This document shows, piece after piece, positions 1-13,080 of a stretch of 64,000 nucleotides of DNA. The notes beneath the pieces are model-generated. The model was not told the DNA's origin and ran no database searches. It saw nothing but the letters and a program-made list of their open reading frames with translations. How positions within the stretch are numbered: position 1 is the stretch's first letter; each line of letters opens with the position of its first letter. The translations under genes were made by a program, and so were the position numbers. The DNA comes from an uncultured Chloroflexia bacterium (GTDB lineage: Bacteria > Chloroflexota > Limnocylindria > Limnocylindrales > CSP1-4): positions 265,360 to 329,359 of the forward strand of contig CAVZXW010000026.1 in assembly GCA_963779375.1 (NCBI GenBank), read 5' to 3'.

Positions 1-497
1 GTGTACCAGAGCGTGTCGACGGCGACGCGGCCTTCCGGAGTCCGCCGTTCTTCCGACGGACGCCCGAAGTAGATCCCGCCGGTGAGCTCCCGCACGATCA
101 GGATGTCGACGCCCCGGAGCACGTCCGGCCGCAGGGTCGAGGCGTCGAGCAGCGCCGGCTCCACCGTGACCGGCCGGAGGTTGGCGAACAGCTCGAGACC
201 GCCGCGCAGCGCGAAGAGCGCCTGCTCGGGACGGACGACGGCGTCGGGATCGTCCCAGCGCGGGCCGCCCACGGCCCCGAGATAGACCGCGTCGGCGGCG
301 CGGCACGTCTCGAGGTCGTCCTCGCGGATCGGCACCCCGTACGCGTCGATCGCGGCCCCGCCGACCGTCAGCTCGTGCCACTCCAGGGCGAAGCCCCAGG
401 ATCGGGCGGCGGCGTCCAGGACGCGGCGCCCCGCGGCCACGACCTCAGGTCCCACCCCGTCGCCGGGGATCGAGGCGATGCGGAACGTGGCACCCAT
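1..497 (-). CDS. leuB: 3-isopropylmalate dehydrogenase, N-terminal part; the gene continues past the window start. ATG at 497..495
   Basis: Minus-strand translation from 497 reads MGATFRIASIPGDGVGPEV...DAVYLGAVGGPRWD...LFANLRPV...VRELTGGIYFG, the LeuB/IcdH N-terminal signature. The ORF track omits it because it is not closed inside the window. Confidence 0.8.
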   Translation of the reverse strand, partial: MGATFRIASIPGDGVGPEVVAAGRRVLDAAARSWGFALEWHELTVGGAAIDAYGVPIREDDLETCRAADAVYLGAVGGPRWDDPDAVVRPEQALFALRGGLELFANLRPVTVEPALLDASTLRPDVLRGVDILIVRELTGGIYFGRPSEERRTPEGRVAVDTLWY

Positions 498-526
498 CTC
501 CGACGCGGCCCGGTCCGCGGCACCCG

Positions 527-2170
527 TCACGGGAGACGTCCGGCCACGACGCGCTCCGCGTCCCGTCCGCTCCCCTCGGAGCCGGAGCCGCGCGCCAGGG
601 ACTCCGCCAGCAGCTTGTTGGCCGCGGTGAGGTACGCCTCGATCGAGGACTCGATGATGTTGGTCGACAGGCCATGTCCCGTCGCGACCAGGGGCGGCAG
701 GGCGGTGTCGGTGGATCGATGGCACCGCACGAGCGCGTTCCCCTGCGCGTCCTCGCCGGCGGTGATCGCGCGGATCTCGTACTCGTCGAGCACCAGTCGC
801 CAGCCGACGATCGGCTGGAGCGCCTCGTCCACGGCCACGAAGAGCGCGTCCACCGGGCCGTTGCCGGTGGCTTCGGCAGTCCTCGCGTCGCCGCCCACGT
901 TGAGGGTGACGCTGCCGGTGGAGCGCCCGCCGTGCGCGCTCGTCACGCTCCAGCCCGCCAGGGTGATCCCGCCGGGCGCCTCCGACGCGTGCTGGCCCAC
1001 GAGGGCGAGCAGGTCGGCGTCCGTGACTTCCTTCTTCGCGTCCGCGAGTGCGATCGCCTCGCGGTAGACGGCGTCGAGCGCGTCGCCCTCGAGGTCGAAG
1101 CCAAGCTCCCGAAGCTTGGTCTGGAGGCCGCGCCGCCCGGAGAGCTTGCCGATGGACAGCGTGCTGCCGGCGAGGCCCACCGACTGGGGCGTCATGATCT
1201 CGTAGGTCAGCGGATTCTTGATCACGCCGTCCTGGTGGATCCCCGATTCGTGGGCGAAGGCGTTGCCGCCCACGATCGCCTTGTTGGGCTGGACGACGAA
1301 CCCGGTGAGATAACTGACCAGGCGGCTGGCGTTCGTGAGCTGCTCGGTCTGGACGCGGCTGCCCAGGCCCGGGAACTGCGTGGGGCGCGTCCGCAGCGCC
1401 ATCACGACCTCCTCGAGCGAGGCGTTTCCGGCGCGCTCCCCCAGGCCGTTGACCGTGACCTCGAGCTGCCGGGCCCCCGCCTGCACGGCGGCGAGCGTGT
1501 TGGCCGTGGCCAGGCCGAGGTCGTTGTGGCAGTGCACGCTGACGACGGCACCGGATCCGACCCGCTCGACGACCCGGCCGACGAGCGCACCGAATTCGGA
1601 CGGGATCGCGTAGCCGACGGTGTCCGGGATGTTGACCGTGGTCGCCCCGGCGTCCACGACGGCCTCGTACACGCGGAGGAGGAAGTCCGGGTCCGTCCGA
1701 CTGGCGTCCTCCGCGCTGAACTCGATCTCGGCGTCCGGACCCAGCGCCTGCCGGCCGTAGCGCACCCAGTGGGTTGCCGCGGCGAGCGCCTCCTCGCGGG
1801 TCATGCGGAGCTTGTGCTTCAGGTGGATGTCGCTCGTGGCGATGAAGACGTGCAGGTGGGGACGCTCGGCGACACGGATCGCCTCGACCGCGCGCTGCGG
1901 GTCGCCGTCGCGGCAGCGGGCGAGTGCCGCCACCGCGACGCCCCTGGTTTCCCTCGCGATGCGCTGGACGGCGTCGAAGTCGCCGGGCGAGGAGGCCGGA
2001 AACCCGGCCTCGATCACGTCGACGTCGAGCCGGACGAGAGCCCGGGCAACCTCGAGCTTCTCGGCCGCCGTCAGGCCCGCCCCGGGCGCCTGCTCGCCGT
2101 CGCGGAGCGTCGTGTCGAAGATCCGTACGCGACCCGGCTCGACACCGGGCCCGGCTACGGGCACCGTCAC
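527..2170 (-). CDS. leuA: 2-isopropylmalate synthase. Start trimmed to GTG 2170; the 700-aa ORF is over-extended
   Basis: [12 protein letters not shown] motif and [17 protein letters not shown]. The start makes a GTGA overlap with the ilvC stop at 2167. Confidence 0.9.
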   Translation of the reverse strand: MTVPVAGPGVEPGRVRIFDTTLRDGEQAPGAGLTAAEKLEVARALVRLDVDVIEAGFPASSPGDFDAVQRIARETRGVAVAALARCRDGDPQRAVEAIRVAERPHLHVFIATSDIHLKHKLRMTREEALAAATHWVRYGRQALGPDAEIEFSAEDASRTDPDFLLRVYEAVVDAGATTVNIPDTVGYAIPSEFGALVGRVVERVGSGAVVSVHCHNDLGLATANTLAAVQAGARQLEVTVNGLGERAGNASLEEVVMALRTRPTQFPGLGSRVQTEQLTNASRLVSYLTGFVVQPNKAIVGGNAFAHESGIHQDGVIKNPLTYEIMTPQSVGLAGSTLSIGKLSGRRGLQTKLRELGFDLEGDALDAVYREAIALADAKKEVTDADLLALVGQHASEAPGGITLAGWSVTSAHGGRSTGSVTLNVGGDARTAEATGNGPVDALFVAVDEALQPIVGWRLVLDEYEIRAITAGEDAQGNALVRCHRSTDTALPPLVATGHGLSTNIIESSIEAYLTAANKLLAESLARGSGSEGSGRDAERVVAGRLP

Positions 2171-3228
2171 CTCGCGCCTCCCTCTCCGCTCGGGCGCTCC
2201 GCGGAGGCCTGCGCCTGTTCCGGGCGGACCTCGACGGGGTTCAGCCAGCGCATCTTCGAGCGCAGCTCGGCGCCGACGCGCTCGATCTGGTGATCCTGGT
2301 CCTGCCGGCGCAGCCGGTTGAACTCCGGCCGGCCGGCCGCGTTCTCCGCGATCCAGTTCCGGGCGAAGGTCCCGTCCTGGATCTCGGCCAGGATCTGCTG
2401 CATCGTCTGGCGCACGTGGTCGTCCACGATCCGCGGACCCGAGACGTAGTCGCCGTACTCGGCGGTGTCGCTGACGCTGAACCGCATGAAGTTCAGCCCG
2501 CCGCGCTGCATCAGGTCGACGATCAGCTTGAGTTCGTGCAGGACCTCGAAGTAGGCGAGCTCGGGCTGGTAGCCGGCCGCGACGAGCGTCTCGAAGCCGT
2601 TCTTCACCAGGTTCGACACGCCGCCGCACAGGACGGCCTGCTCCCCGAACAGGTCGGTCTCGGTCTCTTCGGCGAACGTCGTTTCCAGGACGCCCGCACG
2701 TGTCGCCCCCAGCGCTCGGGCGTAGGCCAGTACGCGGGCCCGTGCCGTGCCGGAGGCGTCCCGATGCACGGCGAACAGCGCGGGCACGCCGCCGCCCTCC
2801 ACGTACACGGAACGGACCAGGTGACCCGGCCCCTTGGGCGCGACCATCCCCACGTCAACGCTTCCGGGCGGGTCGATCAGGCCGAAGTGGATGTTGAACC
2901 CGTGGGCGAAGAGCAGCAGGTGGCCGTCACCAAGGTTGGGCGCGATCTCGGCGTCGTAGACGGCCTTCTGGGACGTGTCGGGCACGAGAATCATGCTGGC
3001 GTCCGACTGGCGGACAGCGTCGCCCACGTCGGCGACGCGGAGGCCGGCCTCGGCCGCCACCGAGCGGCTCTTGCTGGCCGGCGCCAGGCCCACCACGACG
3101 TCGACGCCCGAGTCGCGCAGGTTGAGCGCGTGCGCGTGCCCCTGGCTTCCGTAGCCGATGATGGCCACGGTCCGGCCCTGGAGCGCGGCGGGATCCGCGT
3201 CGTCGTCGTAGTACATGCGTGCCGTCAC
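2167..3228 (-). CDS. ilvC: ketol-acid reductoisomerase
   Basis: [22 protein letters not shown] Rossmann motif and full-length similarity to the IlvC family. Confidence 0.9.
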   Translation of the reverse strand: MTARMYYDDDADPAALQGRTVAIIGYGSQGHAHALNLRDSGVDVVVGLAPASKSRSVAAEAGLRVADVGDAVRQSDASMILVPDTSQKAVYDAEIAPNLGDGHLLLFAHGFNIHFGLIDPPGSVDVGMVAPKGPGHLVRSVYVEGGGVPALFAVHRDASGTARARVLAYARALGATRAGVLETTFAEETETDLFGEQAVLCGGVSNLVKNGFETLVAAGYQPELAYFEVLHELKLIVDLMQRGGLNFMRFSVSDTAEYGDYVSGPRIVDDHVRQTMQQILAEIQDGTFARNWIAENAAGRPEFNRLRRQDQDHQIERVGAELRSKMRWLNPVEVRPEQAQASAERPSGEGGAR

Positions 3229-3892
3229 TTGCCTGCCCCCTCGTATTCCACGATCTGCGGCCCGCGCACCATCACGGTCGTGCCGGTGCGGACCATCTCC
3301 CTGATTCCGAACCCGCCGACGAGCGCGACGAGCGCGTCGATCTCGTCTTCGGTGCCGGTCGCCTCGATGATCACCGAGTCGGCCGCGACGTCGACGACGC
3401 GCCCCTTGTACAGCTCGACGATCTTGAGCACCTCGGCCCGCGTGCTGTTGGTGGCGCGGACCTTGATCAGCGCCAGCTCGTGCTCGATGCGCGCCTCTGC
3501 GGTCACGTCCTGCACCTTCAGGACGTCGATCAGCCGGTAGAGCTGCTTGGCCGCCTGCTCGACGGCGACGTCGTCGCCCCTCAGCGTGATGGTCATGCGG
3601 CTCACGTCGGGGCGCTCGGTGTGCCCCACGGCGAGCGAGTCGATGTTGAAGTTGCGGGCGCGCATGAGGCTCGCCACGCGGTTGAGGACGCCGGGCCGGT
3701 TGTTGACCACGGCGACGAGGACGTGTCGCCGTCCGGTGCCCGTGCCCGGCACGTGCCGGGTGGCGGGCGCGGCCGGGGCGCCTGCCTCGCGCGGAGTCGC
3801 GGGCGGGGCCGACGCGGATGTCACCTGTCCGGGAACCGGCTCTGAGACGGTCGATCCGGCGGCCGTCCCCGACCGGCGCGTCATCGGGTCGG

Positions 3893-3896
<4 letters not shown>
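3225..3896 (-). CDS. ilvN: acetolactate synthase small (regulatory) subunit, 223 aa with an N-terminal Pro/Ala-rich extension
   Basis: ACT-domain sequence [37 protein letters not shown]. Its ATG at 3896 forms an ATGA overlap with the ilvB stop at 3893. Confidence 0.85.
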
Positions 3897-5794
<1,898 letters not shown>

Positions 5795-5810
5795 GCCGGA
5801 TCTCCCGCTG

Positions 5811-5845
5811 CACAAACGAAAGACCCTCGCCTCCCGGCGAGGGTC
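5811..5845 (-). terminator. Perfect 10-bp-stem hairpin (GACCCTCGCC-GGGA-GGCGAGGGTC) followed by UUUCGUUUGUG, about 17 nt upstream of the ilvB start codon. Candidate leader attenuator/terminator
   Basis: Inverted repeat 5822..5831 / 5836..5845 with a T-rich run at 5811..5821 on the coding strand, unusual in a ~72% GC background. A second hairpin GGCTCCCG-GC-GGGAGCC lies at 5897..5913. Confidence 0.35.
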
Positions 5846-6138
5846 CCTGATCGGTTCCGGTTCTCTGCGCCTAGCGGCGCACGCTCCGTCTCCCGTCAGG
5901 CTCCCGCCGGGAGCCGGTAATAAGGGAGAGCACCCCCTGGCCGAGGAGCCGGAGGATGCCGGGCAGCGTTACGTCGACGGAGGAGTCATCGGGCAGACGG
6001 ACGGGCACCGCGGCGACCATCGGCCGTGACGGCGATGGCGACGCGGTCCCTGTTCGTGTTCGTCTGGCCCAACGGGGACTCCAACCTGCGGTTGAGGCGC
6101 GAGTGTACGCCGTGCCCCGGAGTCTTGTCCACACGTCA

Positions 6139-6226
6139 ACGATCGCGCGTGAACGGCCACGATCGCGCGCACGTGCGGTGCCCGGGACGGAGCCGGTGTC
6201 GCGCACGTGCGGTGCCCGGGACGGAG
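6139..6226. promoter_or_regulatory. Nested direct repeats in the ilvB/MFS divergent region: 2x ACGATCGCGCG (6139 and 6159) and 2x identical 26-bp GCGCACGTGCGGTGCCCGGGACGGAG (6167..6192 and 6201..6226)
   Basis: Exact repeats read from the sequence. Each 26-mer contains the palindromic hexamers CACGTG and CCCGGG. Copies are 34 bp start-to-start and lie about 60-120 bp upstream of the MFS start. Confidence 0.35.
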
Positions 6227-6288
6227 GCGCCGGAGGCACGGGCGCCTGCCCGCCAGCGGACGGCCTGCTTCCCCGCAACAATGGGCGC

Positions 6289-7689
6289 ATGGATCGCCCC
6301 ATCGGGAAGGCACGCAGCCTGACCCTCACGTCCCTGGCCCATTTCACGAACGATGGCACGGTCTTCTTCATCCCCGTGATCGCCGCCATCGTCGCGACCC
6401 ACCGGAGCGTGCAGCCGGTCGTGGTCACGCTCATGTTCCTTGTCTTCTACTCGACCTCCACCGTGTTCAGCCTGTTCGTGGGGCGGCTCTCGGATCGCCT
6501 GGGCCGGCCCGGGTCGCTCATGGGGCTGGGGCTGGGAATCGTGTCGACCGGCCTGCTGGGCTTCTACGTGGCTCTCTCCGCCACGAGCGGCACGCCGCTG
6601 GTGATCGCACTGCTCGCCTCCGCATTCCTGACCGGGGCCGGCAGCTCCTTCTACCACCCGCTCGGCGCGTCTCTCCTGCAGAACTCGTTCCGGGACCGGT
6701 CGATGGGGACGGCGCTCGGGGTGAACGGCGCACTGGGAAGCCTGGGGCGGGCGTCCTACCCGTCCCTGTACTTCGCCGCAGCGGCCCTGATCGGAGGCTA
6801 CGGGTCGGTGGCGCTGTTCGCCATGGTCGGGATGGCAGCGGGGCTGGCCATCTGGCTCGGATCACGGGTGGGAGGCACGGGTCCGCGAACCTCGTTGCCT
6901 TCCCGGTCGGCGGGACGGGAGGCTGCGCCGGCGAGTGGGGGTATGCCGGCGGCACGGACCGATGGCGAGGCTGCGGCCGCGGCAGGCGCGCTGCCGCCCG
7001 GGACGATCGAGTCGCGCCTGACCACGGCGGACGCGTCGTCCGGGGCCGCGTCAGCGGCGGGCGCGTCGGCAGGTGGCACCCGCGGCGGGGTGTCGGATAC
7101 GCTCACGCGCGGCATCGTCACGCTGACGGTCGTCGCCTTCCTGCGGTCGTCGGCCACGCAGGGCATCGCGTCGTGGATTCCGACGTACCTGGCCACCCAG
7201 AAGGGCCTGGGGGTCAGCGCCGATCTCGGGCTCGCCGTGACCACGATGTATGCCGCCGCCATCATCGGACAGCCGACGTTCGGCCTGATGGTGGATCGCT
7301 TCGACAAGCGGGCCGTGCTCGCGACGAGCTCGATCGGAGGCGCCGCGTCGATCCTCGGGTACCTCGCGTTCGGGACGGGATGGATCGGCACGGCCTGGCT
7401 GTTCTCGTTCGGCTTCTTCGTGTTCAGCGGGTTCCCGCTGCTGCTCTCGATGGTCGGCGACTACGTTCCGAGGGGGGAAACGTCGCTGGCGAACGCCCTC
7501 GTATGGGGTTTCGGCTCGACGGCCGGCGGCGCCATCGGACCGCTGATCACGGGGGCACTCATCGGCGGGGACTACGCGCGGCTCGGTAGCGCGTTCACGG
7601 TGCTGGCCGGCGCCGCGATCGTGTCGGGCATCGCGACCGTCATGGTTCCGCGAGCGCAGCGCCCGTCGAGGATGCGCGCCTTCGCCTGA
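6289..7689 (+). CDS. MFS transporter; start trimmed to ATG 6289
   Basis: Twelve hydrophobic segments, an MFS-like loop [11 protein letters not shown], and an Ala/Gly-rich central loop. Confidence 0.7.
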   Translation: MDRPIGKARSLTLTSLAHFTNDGTVFFIPVIAAIVATHRSVQPVVVTLMFLVFYSTSTVFSLFVGRLSDRLGRPGSLMGLGLGIVSTGLLGFYVALSATSGTPLVIALLASAFLTGAGSSFYHPLGASLLQNSFRDRSMGTALGVNGALGSLGRASYPSLYFAAAALIGGYGSVALFAMVGMAAGLAIWLGSRVGGTGPRTSLPSRSAGREAAPASGGMPAARTDGEAAAAAGALPPGTIESRLTTADASSGAASAAGASAGGTRGGVSDTLTRGIVTLTVVAFLRSSATQGIASWIPTYLATQKGLGVSADLGLAVTTMYAAAIIGQPTFGLMVDRFDKRAVLATSSIGGAASILGYLAFGTGWIGTAWLFSFGFFVFSGFPLLLSMVGDYVPRGETSLANALVWGFGSTAGGAIGPLITGALIGGDYARLGSAFTVLAGAAIVSGIATVMVPRAQRPSRMRAFA

Positions 7690-7856
7690 CGGCGGGCGGG
7701 GAACCGGGCCCGCTTCCGGTCTCGCGCCCGCCCCGGCGGGGCGGCCCGGGCTCGGCTTGGGCGAAAGCTCCGACTCGGCTGCCGACGCTGCGCGCGGCCT
7801 CTCGGGCCCGGTCTGGTACGCTGCGGATCCAGTCCCCACCCGCACGAGATCGAGCC

Positions 7857-9308
7857 ATGGCCGATACGCACCGCCCGCGCACCCTGGTCGAGAAGATCTG
7901 GGACCAGCATGTCGTGCTCCAGGAAGAGGGCGCGCCGGCCATCCTCGCGGTGGACCTCCATCTCGTCCACGAAGTGACCAGTCCCCAGGCCTTCACCGGG
8001 CTCCGCGAGCGCGGTCTTCCCGTCCGGCACCCGGATCGGACGGTCGCCACCGAGGACCACTCGATCCCGACGCTGCCGCGCGGGCGCGGCCTGCCGGTCG
8101 TCGACACCGAGGCCGCGTTCCAGGTGGCGGAGCTCGAACGGAGCTGCCGCGACTTCGGCATTCCGCTGCACGGGATGGACTCCGAGACGCGCGGCATCGT
8201 CCACGTGATCGGGCCGGAACTCGGCCTCAGCCAGCCCGGCATGACCATCGTCTGCGGCGATTCCCACACGGCGACACACGGGGCGGTCGGAGCCCTCGCC
8301 TTCGGCATTGGGACGACCGAGGTCGAGATGGTGCTCGCGACGCAGACCCTGCTGCAGCGCCGCCCGAAGACGTACGAGGTCCGGGTGGACGGCCGGCTCG
8401 GTCCGGGCGTGTCCGCCAAGGACATCATCCTCGCGCTGATCGCCCGCATCGGGATCGGCGGCGGCAACGGGCACGTGTTCGAGTACACGGGCGAGGCCAT
8501 CCGGTCGCTCGGCATGGAGCAGCGCATGACGATCTGCAACATGTCGATCGAGGGCGGCGGTCGGGCCGGCCTCGTCGCGCCTGACGACACGACGTTCGAG
8601 TACCTCCACGGCCGGCGGTACGTGCCGCAGGGCGCCGCCTGGGACACGGCGGTCGAGGGCTGGCGGCGGCTCCCCACGGACCCGGGCGCGACCTACGATC
8701 GGAGCATCACGCTCGACGCGTCGGCGCTGGAGCCCATGGTCACGTACGGCACGAACCCCGGCATGGGCGTCGCGGTCACGGGACGCGTGCCGTCGCCGGC
8801 GGATGCGAGCGACGATGCGGGGCGGCGCGCCCTGGAGAAGGCGCTCGCCTACATGGAGCTGACCCCGGGCGAGCCGATCGCCGGGCGGAAGGTCGACGTC
8901 GTCTTCCTGGGCTCGTGCACCAACAGCCGGATCGGCGACCTCCGCCAGGCCGCGGCGATCCTGCGCGGCCATCGCGTGGCAGACGGGACGCGGCTCCTCG
9001 TGGTGCCCGGATCCCAGCAGGTCAAGGCGCAGGCCGAGCGCGAGGGCCTCGACGAGGTGTTCCGCGCCGCCGGCGGTGAGTGGCGCGAATCGGGCTGCTC
9101 GATGTGCATCGCCATGAACGGCGACCAGCTCGAGCCCGGGCAGTACGCGATCAGCACCAGCAACCGCAACTTCGAGGGCCGCCAGGGAACCGGCGGCCGA
9201 ACCTTCCTCGCGTCGCCGCTGACCGCGGCGGCCAGCGCGATCGCCGGGGTCGTCGCGGATCCCCGGCCGCTCGTCGATCGCGATCCCGTCGCCGTGGAGG
9301 GCCGCTGA
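7857..9308 (+). CDS. leuC: 3-isopropylmalate dehydratase large subunit
   Basis: Aconitase-family motifs [15 protein letters not shown] and [10 protein letters not shown]...[16 protein letters not shown] -10-like hexamer lies about 35 bp upstream. Confidence 0.9.
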   Translation: MADTHRPRTLVEKIWDQHVVLQEEGAPAILAVDLHLVHEVTSPQAFTGLRERGLPVRHPDRTVATEDHSIPTLPRGRGLPVVDTEAAFQVAELERSCRDFGIPLHGMDSETRGIVHVIGPELGLSQPGMTIVCGDSHTATHGAVGALAFGIGTTEVEMVLATQTLLQRRPKTYEVRVDGRLGPGVSAKDIILALIARIGIGGGNGHVFEYTGEAIRSLGMEQRMTICNMSIEGGGRAGLVAPDDTTFEYLHGRRYVPQGAAWDTAVEGWRRLPTDPGATYDRSITLDASALEPMVTYGTNPGMGVAVTGRVPSPADASDDAGRRALEKALAYMELTPGEPIAGRKVDVVFLGSCTNSRIGDLRQAAAILRGHRVADGTRLLVVPGSQQVKAQAEREGLDEVFRAAGGEWRESGCSMCIAMNGDQLEPGQYAISTSNRNFEGRQGTGGRTFLASPLTAAASAIAGVVADPRPLVDRDPVAVEGR

Positions 9309-9376
9309 CGTGCGGACCACGGCCACCGTCGCCGGTCCCTGCCCGGCAGCCCGTCGCGTCGTGGGAGGTCACTGAC

Positions 9377-10003
9377 ATGTCCGAGCCCCTGACCGCCTTC
9401 ACGAGCCGCGTGATCCCGCTGCCGGCGGAGAACGTCGACACGGACCAGGTCATCCCGGCGCGGTACCTCAAGACGACCGAGAAGTCCGGCCTCGCCGACG
9501 GCCTGTTCTTCAACTGGCGCTACCTGCCCGACGGCTCGCCGCGGCCCGACTTCGTGCTCAACCGGCCGGAGATGGCGGGACGCGCGATCCTGCTGGCCGG
9601 CGCCAACTTCGGACCGGGGTCGTCACGCGAGCACGCGCCGTGGGCGCTCCTGTCGTGGGGCATCCGGGCCGTGATCTCGACCGGCTTCGCGGACATCTTC
9701 CGGGCGAACTCGCTGAAGAACGGGCTGCTGCCGATCGACGTGTCGCCGGCGCGGCATGCGGCGCTGTTCGAGCTCGTCGCGGCCGACCCGGACGCGGAAC
9801 TCACGGTCGACCTGCAGGCGCAGGAGGTCCGCGTGCATCCGACGACCGGAGGCGCGGACGATTCGTTCGGCTTCGAGATCGATCCGTTCGCGCGGAGGAT
9901 GCTCCTCGAGGGGACCGACGAGATCGGCTACGTGCTGGCCCGCCTGCCCGCGATCGAGGCCTGGGAAGCGGCGAACCCCGCCCGCGTGAATACGCTCGCA
10001 TAG
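9377..10003 (+). CDS. leuD: 3-isopropylmalate dehydratase small subunit; start ATG 9377 with a GGGAGG RBS
   Basis: LeuD fold: NVDTDQVIPARYLK...AGANFGPGSSREHAPWAL. Confidence 0.9.
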   Translation: MSEPLTAFTSRVIPLPAENVDTDQVIPARYLKTTEKSGLADGLFFNWRYLPDGSPRPDFVLNRPEMAGRAILLAGANFGPGSSREHAPWALLSWGIRAVISTGFADIFRANSLKNGLLPIDVSPARHAALFELVAADPDAELTVDLQAQEVRVHPTTGGADDSFGFEIDPFARRMLLEGTDEIGYVLARLPAIEAWEAANPARVNTLA

Positions 10004-10083
10004 GGCAGCTCCCGCATAGGGCCGCTCCCCGCGCTTCGGGCCGCTCGCCCCCGCTTCGGACGGCGGCGACTCGTCGGGCGGCT

Positions 10084-13080
10084 CTACTTCGCCGGGACGC
10101 CTCCGGGCGCGGCGGGACGATCGGACGCGGCGGGACGATCGGCCGGCGCCGGCGCGCCTCGTGTCCGTGACGGCCACCACGCGCGGTCCCCGACCAGCGT
10201 CGTGACGGCGGGCACCAGGATCGACCGCACGATGAACGTGTCGAGCAGCACGCCGATCGCCACCGCGACCCCGACCTGGAACAGCACGACGAGCGGCGCC
10301 GACGCCATCGAGCCGAACGTCCCGGCGAGGATCAGGCCGGCGGACGTGATGACGGCGCCCGTGCGCCCTGATGCGACGCGGATCCCCTCGCGGATCGGCC
10401 GGCGCTGGCTCTCCTCGCGCACCCGGCTCATCAGGAAGATGTTGTAGTCGGAACCGAGCGCGACCAGGAGCACGAACACCATCAGCGGCAGGAAGTAGTT
10501 GATGCCCGGCTGGCCGAACACGGACTGGTACAGCCACGAGGACAGGCCGATCGTGCTCAGGTACGAGAGCAGCACGCTGAGCACGAGATAGAGCGGCGCG
10601 ACGATCGCGCGCAGCAGCACGATGAGCACGAGCAGCACCCCGAGCACCGTGATCAGGGCCACGTGCTGGAAGTCGGTGTCGAGCGCGGTCTGCGTGTCCG
10701 CCAGCTCGGCCGTCGGGCCGCCCACGTAGGCGTGCGCTCCGGTTCCGAACTGCCCGGCCATCGGATCCAGCGTGGATCGCGCGAGGCGGATCGTGTCGAA
10801 CGCGGGCACCGAGTACGGGTCGTCGCTGGTGACGAGGTAGAGCCGGGCGACCGAGTGGTCGGCCGACAGGAAGGCCGACACGGCCGACTGCACCTGCGCC
10901 CCGGCGGTTCCGCCGAGGCCGGTCGGGATGAACAGGTCGTCGGGCCGGGCGGCGAACACGGCGGCGAGCGAGTCGAGGTCGGTCGGGAGCCGGCCGAACG
11001 ACGCGGAGATCTGCTCCTGGAGCGCCGTCGCCTCCGGCGTGGCGGGCAGGCTCGTCGGGAACAGCAGGGCGTCGGGCTGGCCGGCAACGTCGGTCGCCAT
11101 GGCAGACAGCGCATCGGCGAGATCGCGCGCCGCGGCCGCGGCGCCGGCTGTCTGTCCCGTGGCCTGCGCCTGCTGCAGCGCCAGCAGGTCGGCCGTCGCG
11201 CGTCCGAACGACGGGAGCTGGGCCGTGGCCGGATAGGCGGTCACGAGCTCCTGCAGGTATCCCGCGACGGACCGGAGCGCGGCCTGCGGATCCGAGCCGG
11301 ACGAGGCGGGTGCGGCGAGCGCCGCCGACAGGGCCCGCAACTGCGCCGGGACCTGGCCGCCGGCCCGCAGCCGTGCGAGCAACCCGGGCGCCGACTCGAG
11401 ATCTGCCAGGGCGGCCGAGTAGGCCGGCCCGGATGCCACCGAGGGGAACGCCGTACCGAGCGCCTTCACGTACGACGTCGCCGACTCGATCCCGGCGGAC
11501 GTGGACGGGTCGAGCAGCGCCTTCGGATCGCTCCCCGCCCCGCTTCCCGGTGACGAGGAGCCGGACGACGCGGACGACCCGAAGCCGGCCGCCATGGCGG
11601 CGAGTTGCTTCGACGGCACGTACGCATCGGGCACGCTGCCGTCGCCCGAGGGCGAGATCACGCTGGTCGCACTCTGGATCCCCGCCGTTCCCACCAGCGC
11701 CCGGGTGGCGGATTCGATCGTCGCCAGCGACGCGGGCGCGAGCAGGTCGGTGCCGGGCGCCGCCTCGATCACGCCGGTCGCCGGCATGATCCTGCCCTTG
11801 CCCAGGTGCTGCGAGACCAGGTCGAAGCCGATACGCGCGTCGGACGTGGCCGGGAGGTCCGCCAGCACGTCGAAGTTGGTGCGCATCGCGGGGATGCCCG
11901 CCACCGGGATGAGCAGCGCCACCAGGAGCACGGCGGTGACGAGGCCGGGTCGCCGGGAGACGCCGGCGGCGAGGCGGGCGAAGAGGCTGCGCGGGTCCAC
12001 CACGGATTCGTCGCGCTCGTGCCGCGGCCAGAAGAGGTAATGGCCGAAGATGCCGAGCAGCGCCGGGGCCAGCGTCAGGCCGGCGATGAGCGTCACGAAG
12101 ACCGCGACGGCGAGGGCCGGGCCCGTCGTCTGGATCATCCCGAACGATCCGAACGCCATCGAGCCCAGCCCGACGATCACGGTGGCCGCGCTCGCGCTGA
12201 TGACGGCGCCGATGCGCCGCACGGTCGCCTGGGACGCCGCGTGCCAGTCGCCGCGGCTGACTTCCTCCCGGAAGCGCGAGATGAGGAAGATCGTGTAGTC
12301 GGTGCCGACGCCGAACACCAGCACGACGACGAAGGTGTCGAGGAGCGACGAGATCTTCCAGCCGGCCTCGGCGAGGTATCCCAGGACGCCCCTGGACACG
12401 AGGAATGCCGCCCCGATCGTCACGAGCGGTACGAGGGCAGCGAGGGGTGCCCGGTAGATCAGCAGGAGGATCACGAGCACGAGCACGATCGTCACGATGG
12501 TCGTGCTGTCCGTGCCCTTCAGGATCGCGTCCATGTAGTCGACGCTGATGCCGGCCGAGCCGGTCACGTGCGCCTGCAGCCCGGCCGGAGGACCTTGCGC
12601 GAGCCGGTCGCGCAGGGCCGCGACCGCGTCGCCGGCGCCGCCGGCGAGGGAGGCCACCTTCAGGTTGACGGTCATCAGTTCGAGCTGGCCGTCCGGGCTC
12701 CGCATCATGGACGCCAGTTCGGGGTTCGACTCCGGTGTCTCGACGCTCGCCACGACGTCACGCAGCGTCGAAGGCGCGTCCGGACCGGTGATCCAGGTCC
12801 CGAGCTCGCCGATGTACGCCTGGTCGGCCTGGGTCAGCCCCGAGGCGCGGGAGAACGAGACGGTCGCGACCCCGGCGGAGACCTCGCCCGGGAACGCTCG
12901 CTCGAGCAGGACGCGCGCCTCGACCGACTCGGTCGTCGCGGGCAGGAACGAGCTCTGATCGGTGGATCCGACCTTGGCGAGCGACGGCGCCACCATGGCG
13001 GCCGCGGCGGCTGCCGCGATCCACGCGACGACGATTGCGAATCGGAACCGGTACGCGAGCGAGCCCAGGCGTTCGAACAT
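10084..13080 (-). CDS. MMPL-family RND transporter (~998 aa) with a long Ala/Ser/Gly-rich low-complexity insertion between the two transmembrane halves
   Basis: N-terminus MFERLGSLAYRFRFAIVVAWI. Both halves carry MMPL-type TM motifs (GTDYTIFLISRFREE and GSDYNIFLMSRVREE). Confidence 0.8.
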   Translation of the reverse strand: MFERLGSLAYRFRFAIVVAWIAAAAAAAMVAPSLAKVGSTDQSSFLPATTESVEARVLLERAFPGEVSAGVATVSFSRASGLTQADQAYIGELGTWITGPDAPSTLRDVVASVETPESNPELASMMRSPDGQLELMTVNLKVASLAGGAGDAVAALRDRLAQGPPAGLQAHVTGSAGISVDYMDAILKGTDSTTIVTIVLVLVILLLIYRAPLAALVPLVTIGAAFLVSRGVLGYLAEAGWKISSLLDTFVVVLVFGVGTDYTIFLISRFREEVSRGDWHAASQATVRRIGAVISASAATVIVGLGSMAFGSFGMIQTTGPALAVAVFVTLIAGLTLAPALLGIFGHYLFWPRHERDESVVDPRSLFARLAAGVSRRPGLVTAVLLVALLIPVAGIPAMRTNFDVLADLPATSDARIGFDLVSQHLGKGRIMPATGVIEAAPGTDLLAPASLATIESATRALVGTAGIQSATSVISPSGDGSVPDAYVPSKQLAAMAAGFGSSASSGSSSPGSGAGSDPKALLDPSTSAGIESATSYVKALGTAFPSVASGPAYSAALADLESAPGLLARLRAGGQVPAQLRALSAALAAPASSGSDPQAALRSVAGYLQELVTAYPATAQLPSFGRATADLLALQQAQATGQTAGAAAAARDLADALSAMATDVAGQPDALLFPTSLPATPEATALQEQISASFGRLPTDLDSLAAVFAARPDDLFIPTGLGGTAGAQVQSAVSAFLSADHSVARLYLVTSDDPYSVPAFDTIRLARSTLDPMAGQFGTGAHAYVGGPTAELADTQTALDTDFQHVALITVLGVLLVLIVLLRAIVAPLYLVLSVLLSYLSTIGLSSWLYQSVFGQPGINYFLPLMVFVLLVALGSDYNIFLMSRVREESQRRPIREGIRVASGRTGAVITSAGLILAGTFGSMASAPLVVLFQVGVAVAIGVLLDTFIVRSILVPAVTTLVGDRAWWPSRTRGAPAPADRPAASDRPAAPGGVPAK

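Noticed and set aside
375-2293. ORFs 375..1067 (+) and 674..2293 (+), 230 and 539 aa
   Set aside because: Both are antisense to leuB and leuA and have an arginine/alanine-rich composition with no family similarity.
5871-6020. Candidate ilvB leader peptide ([36 protein letters not shown]..., minus strand)
   Set aside because: It is about 50 codons long with no tandem run of Val, Ile or Leu codons, and it is the tail of a 187-aa antisense ORF. The terminator hairpin is reported, but not a leader peptide.
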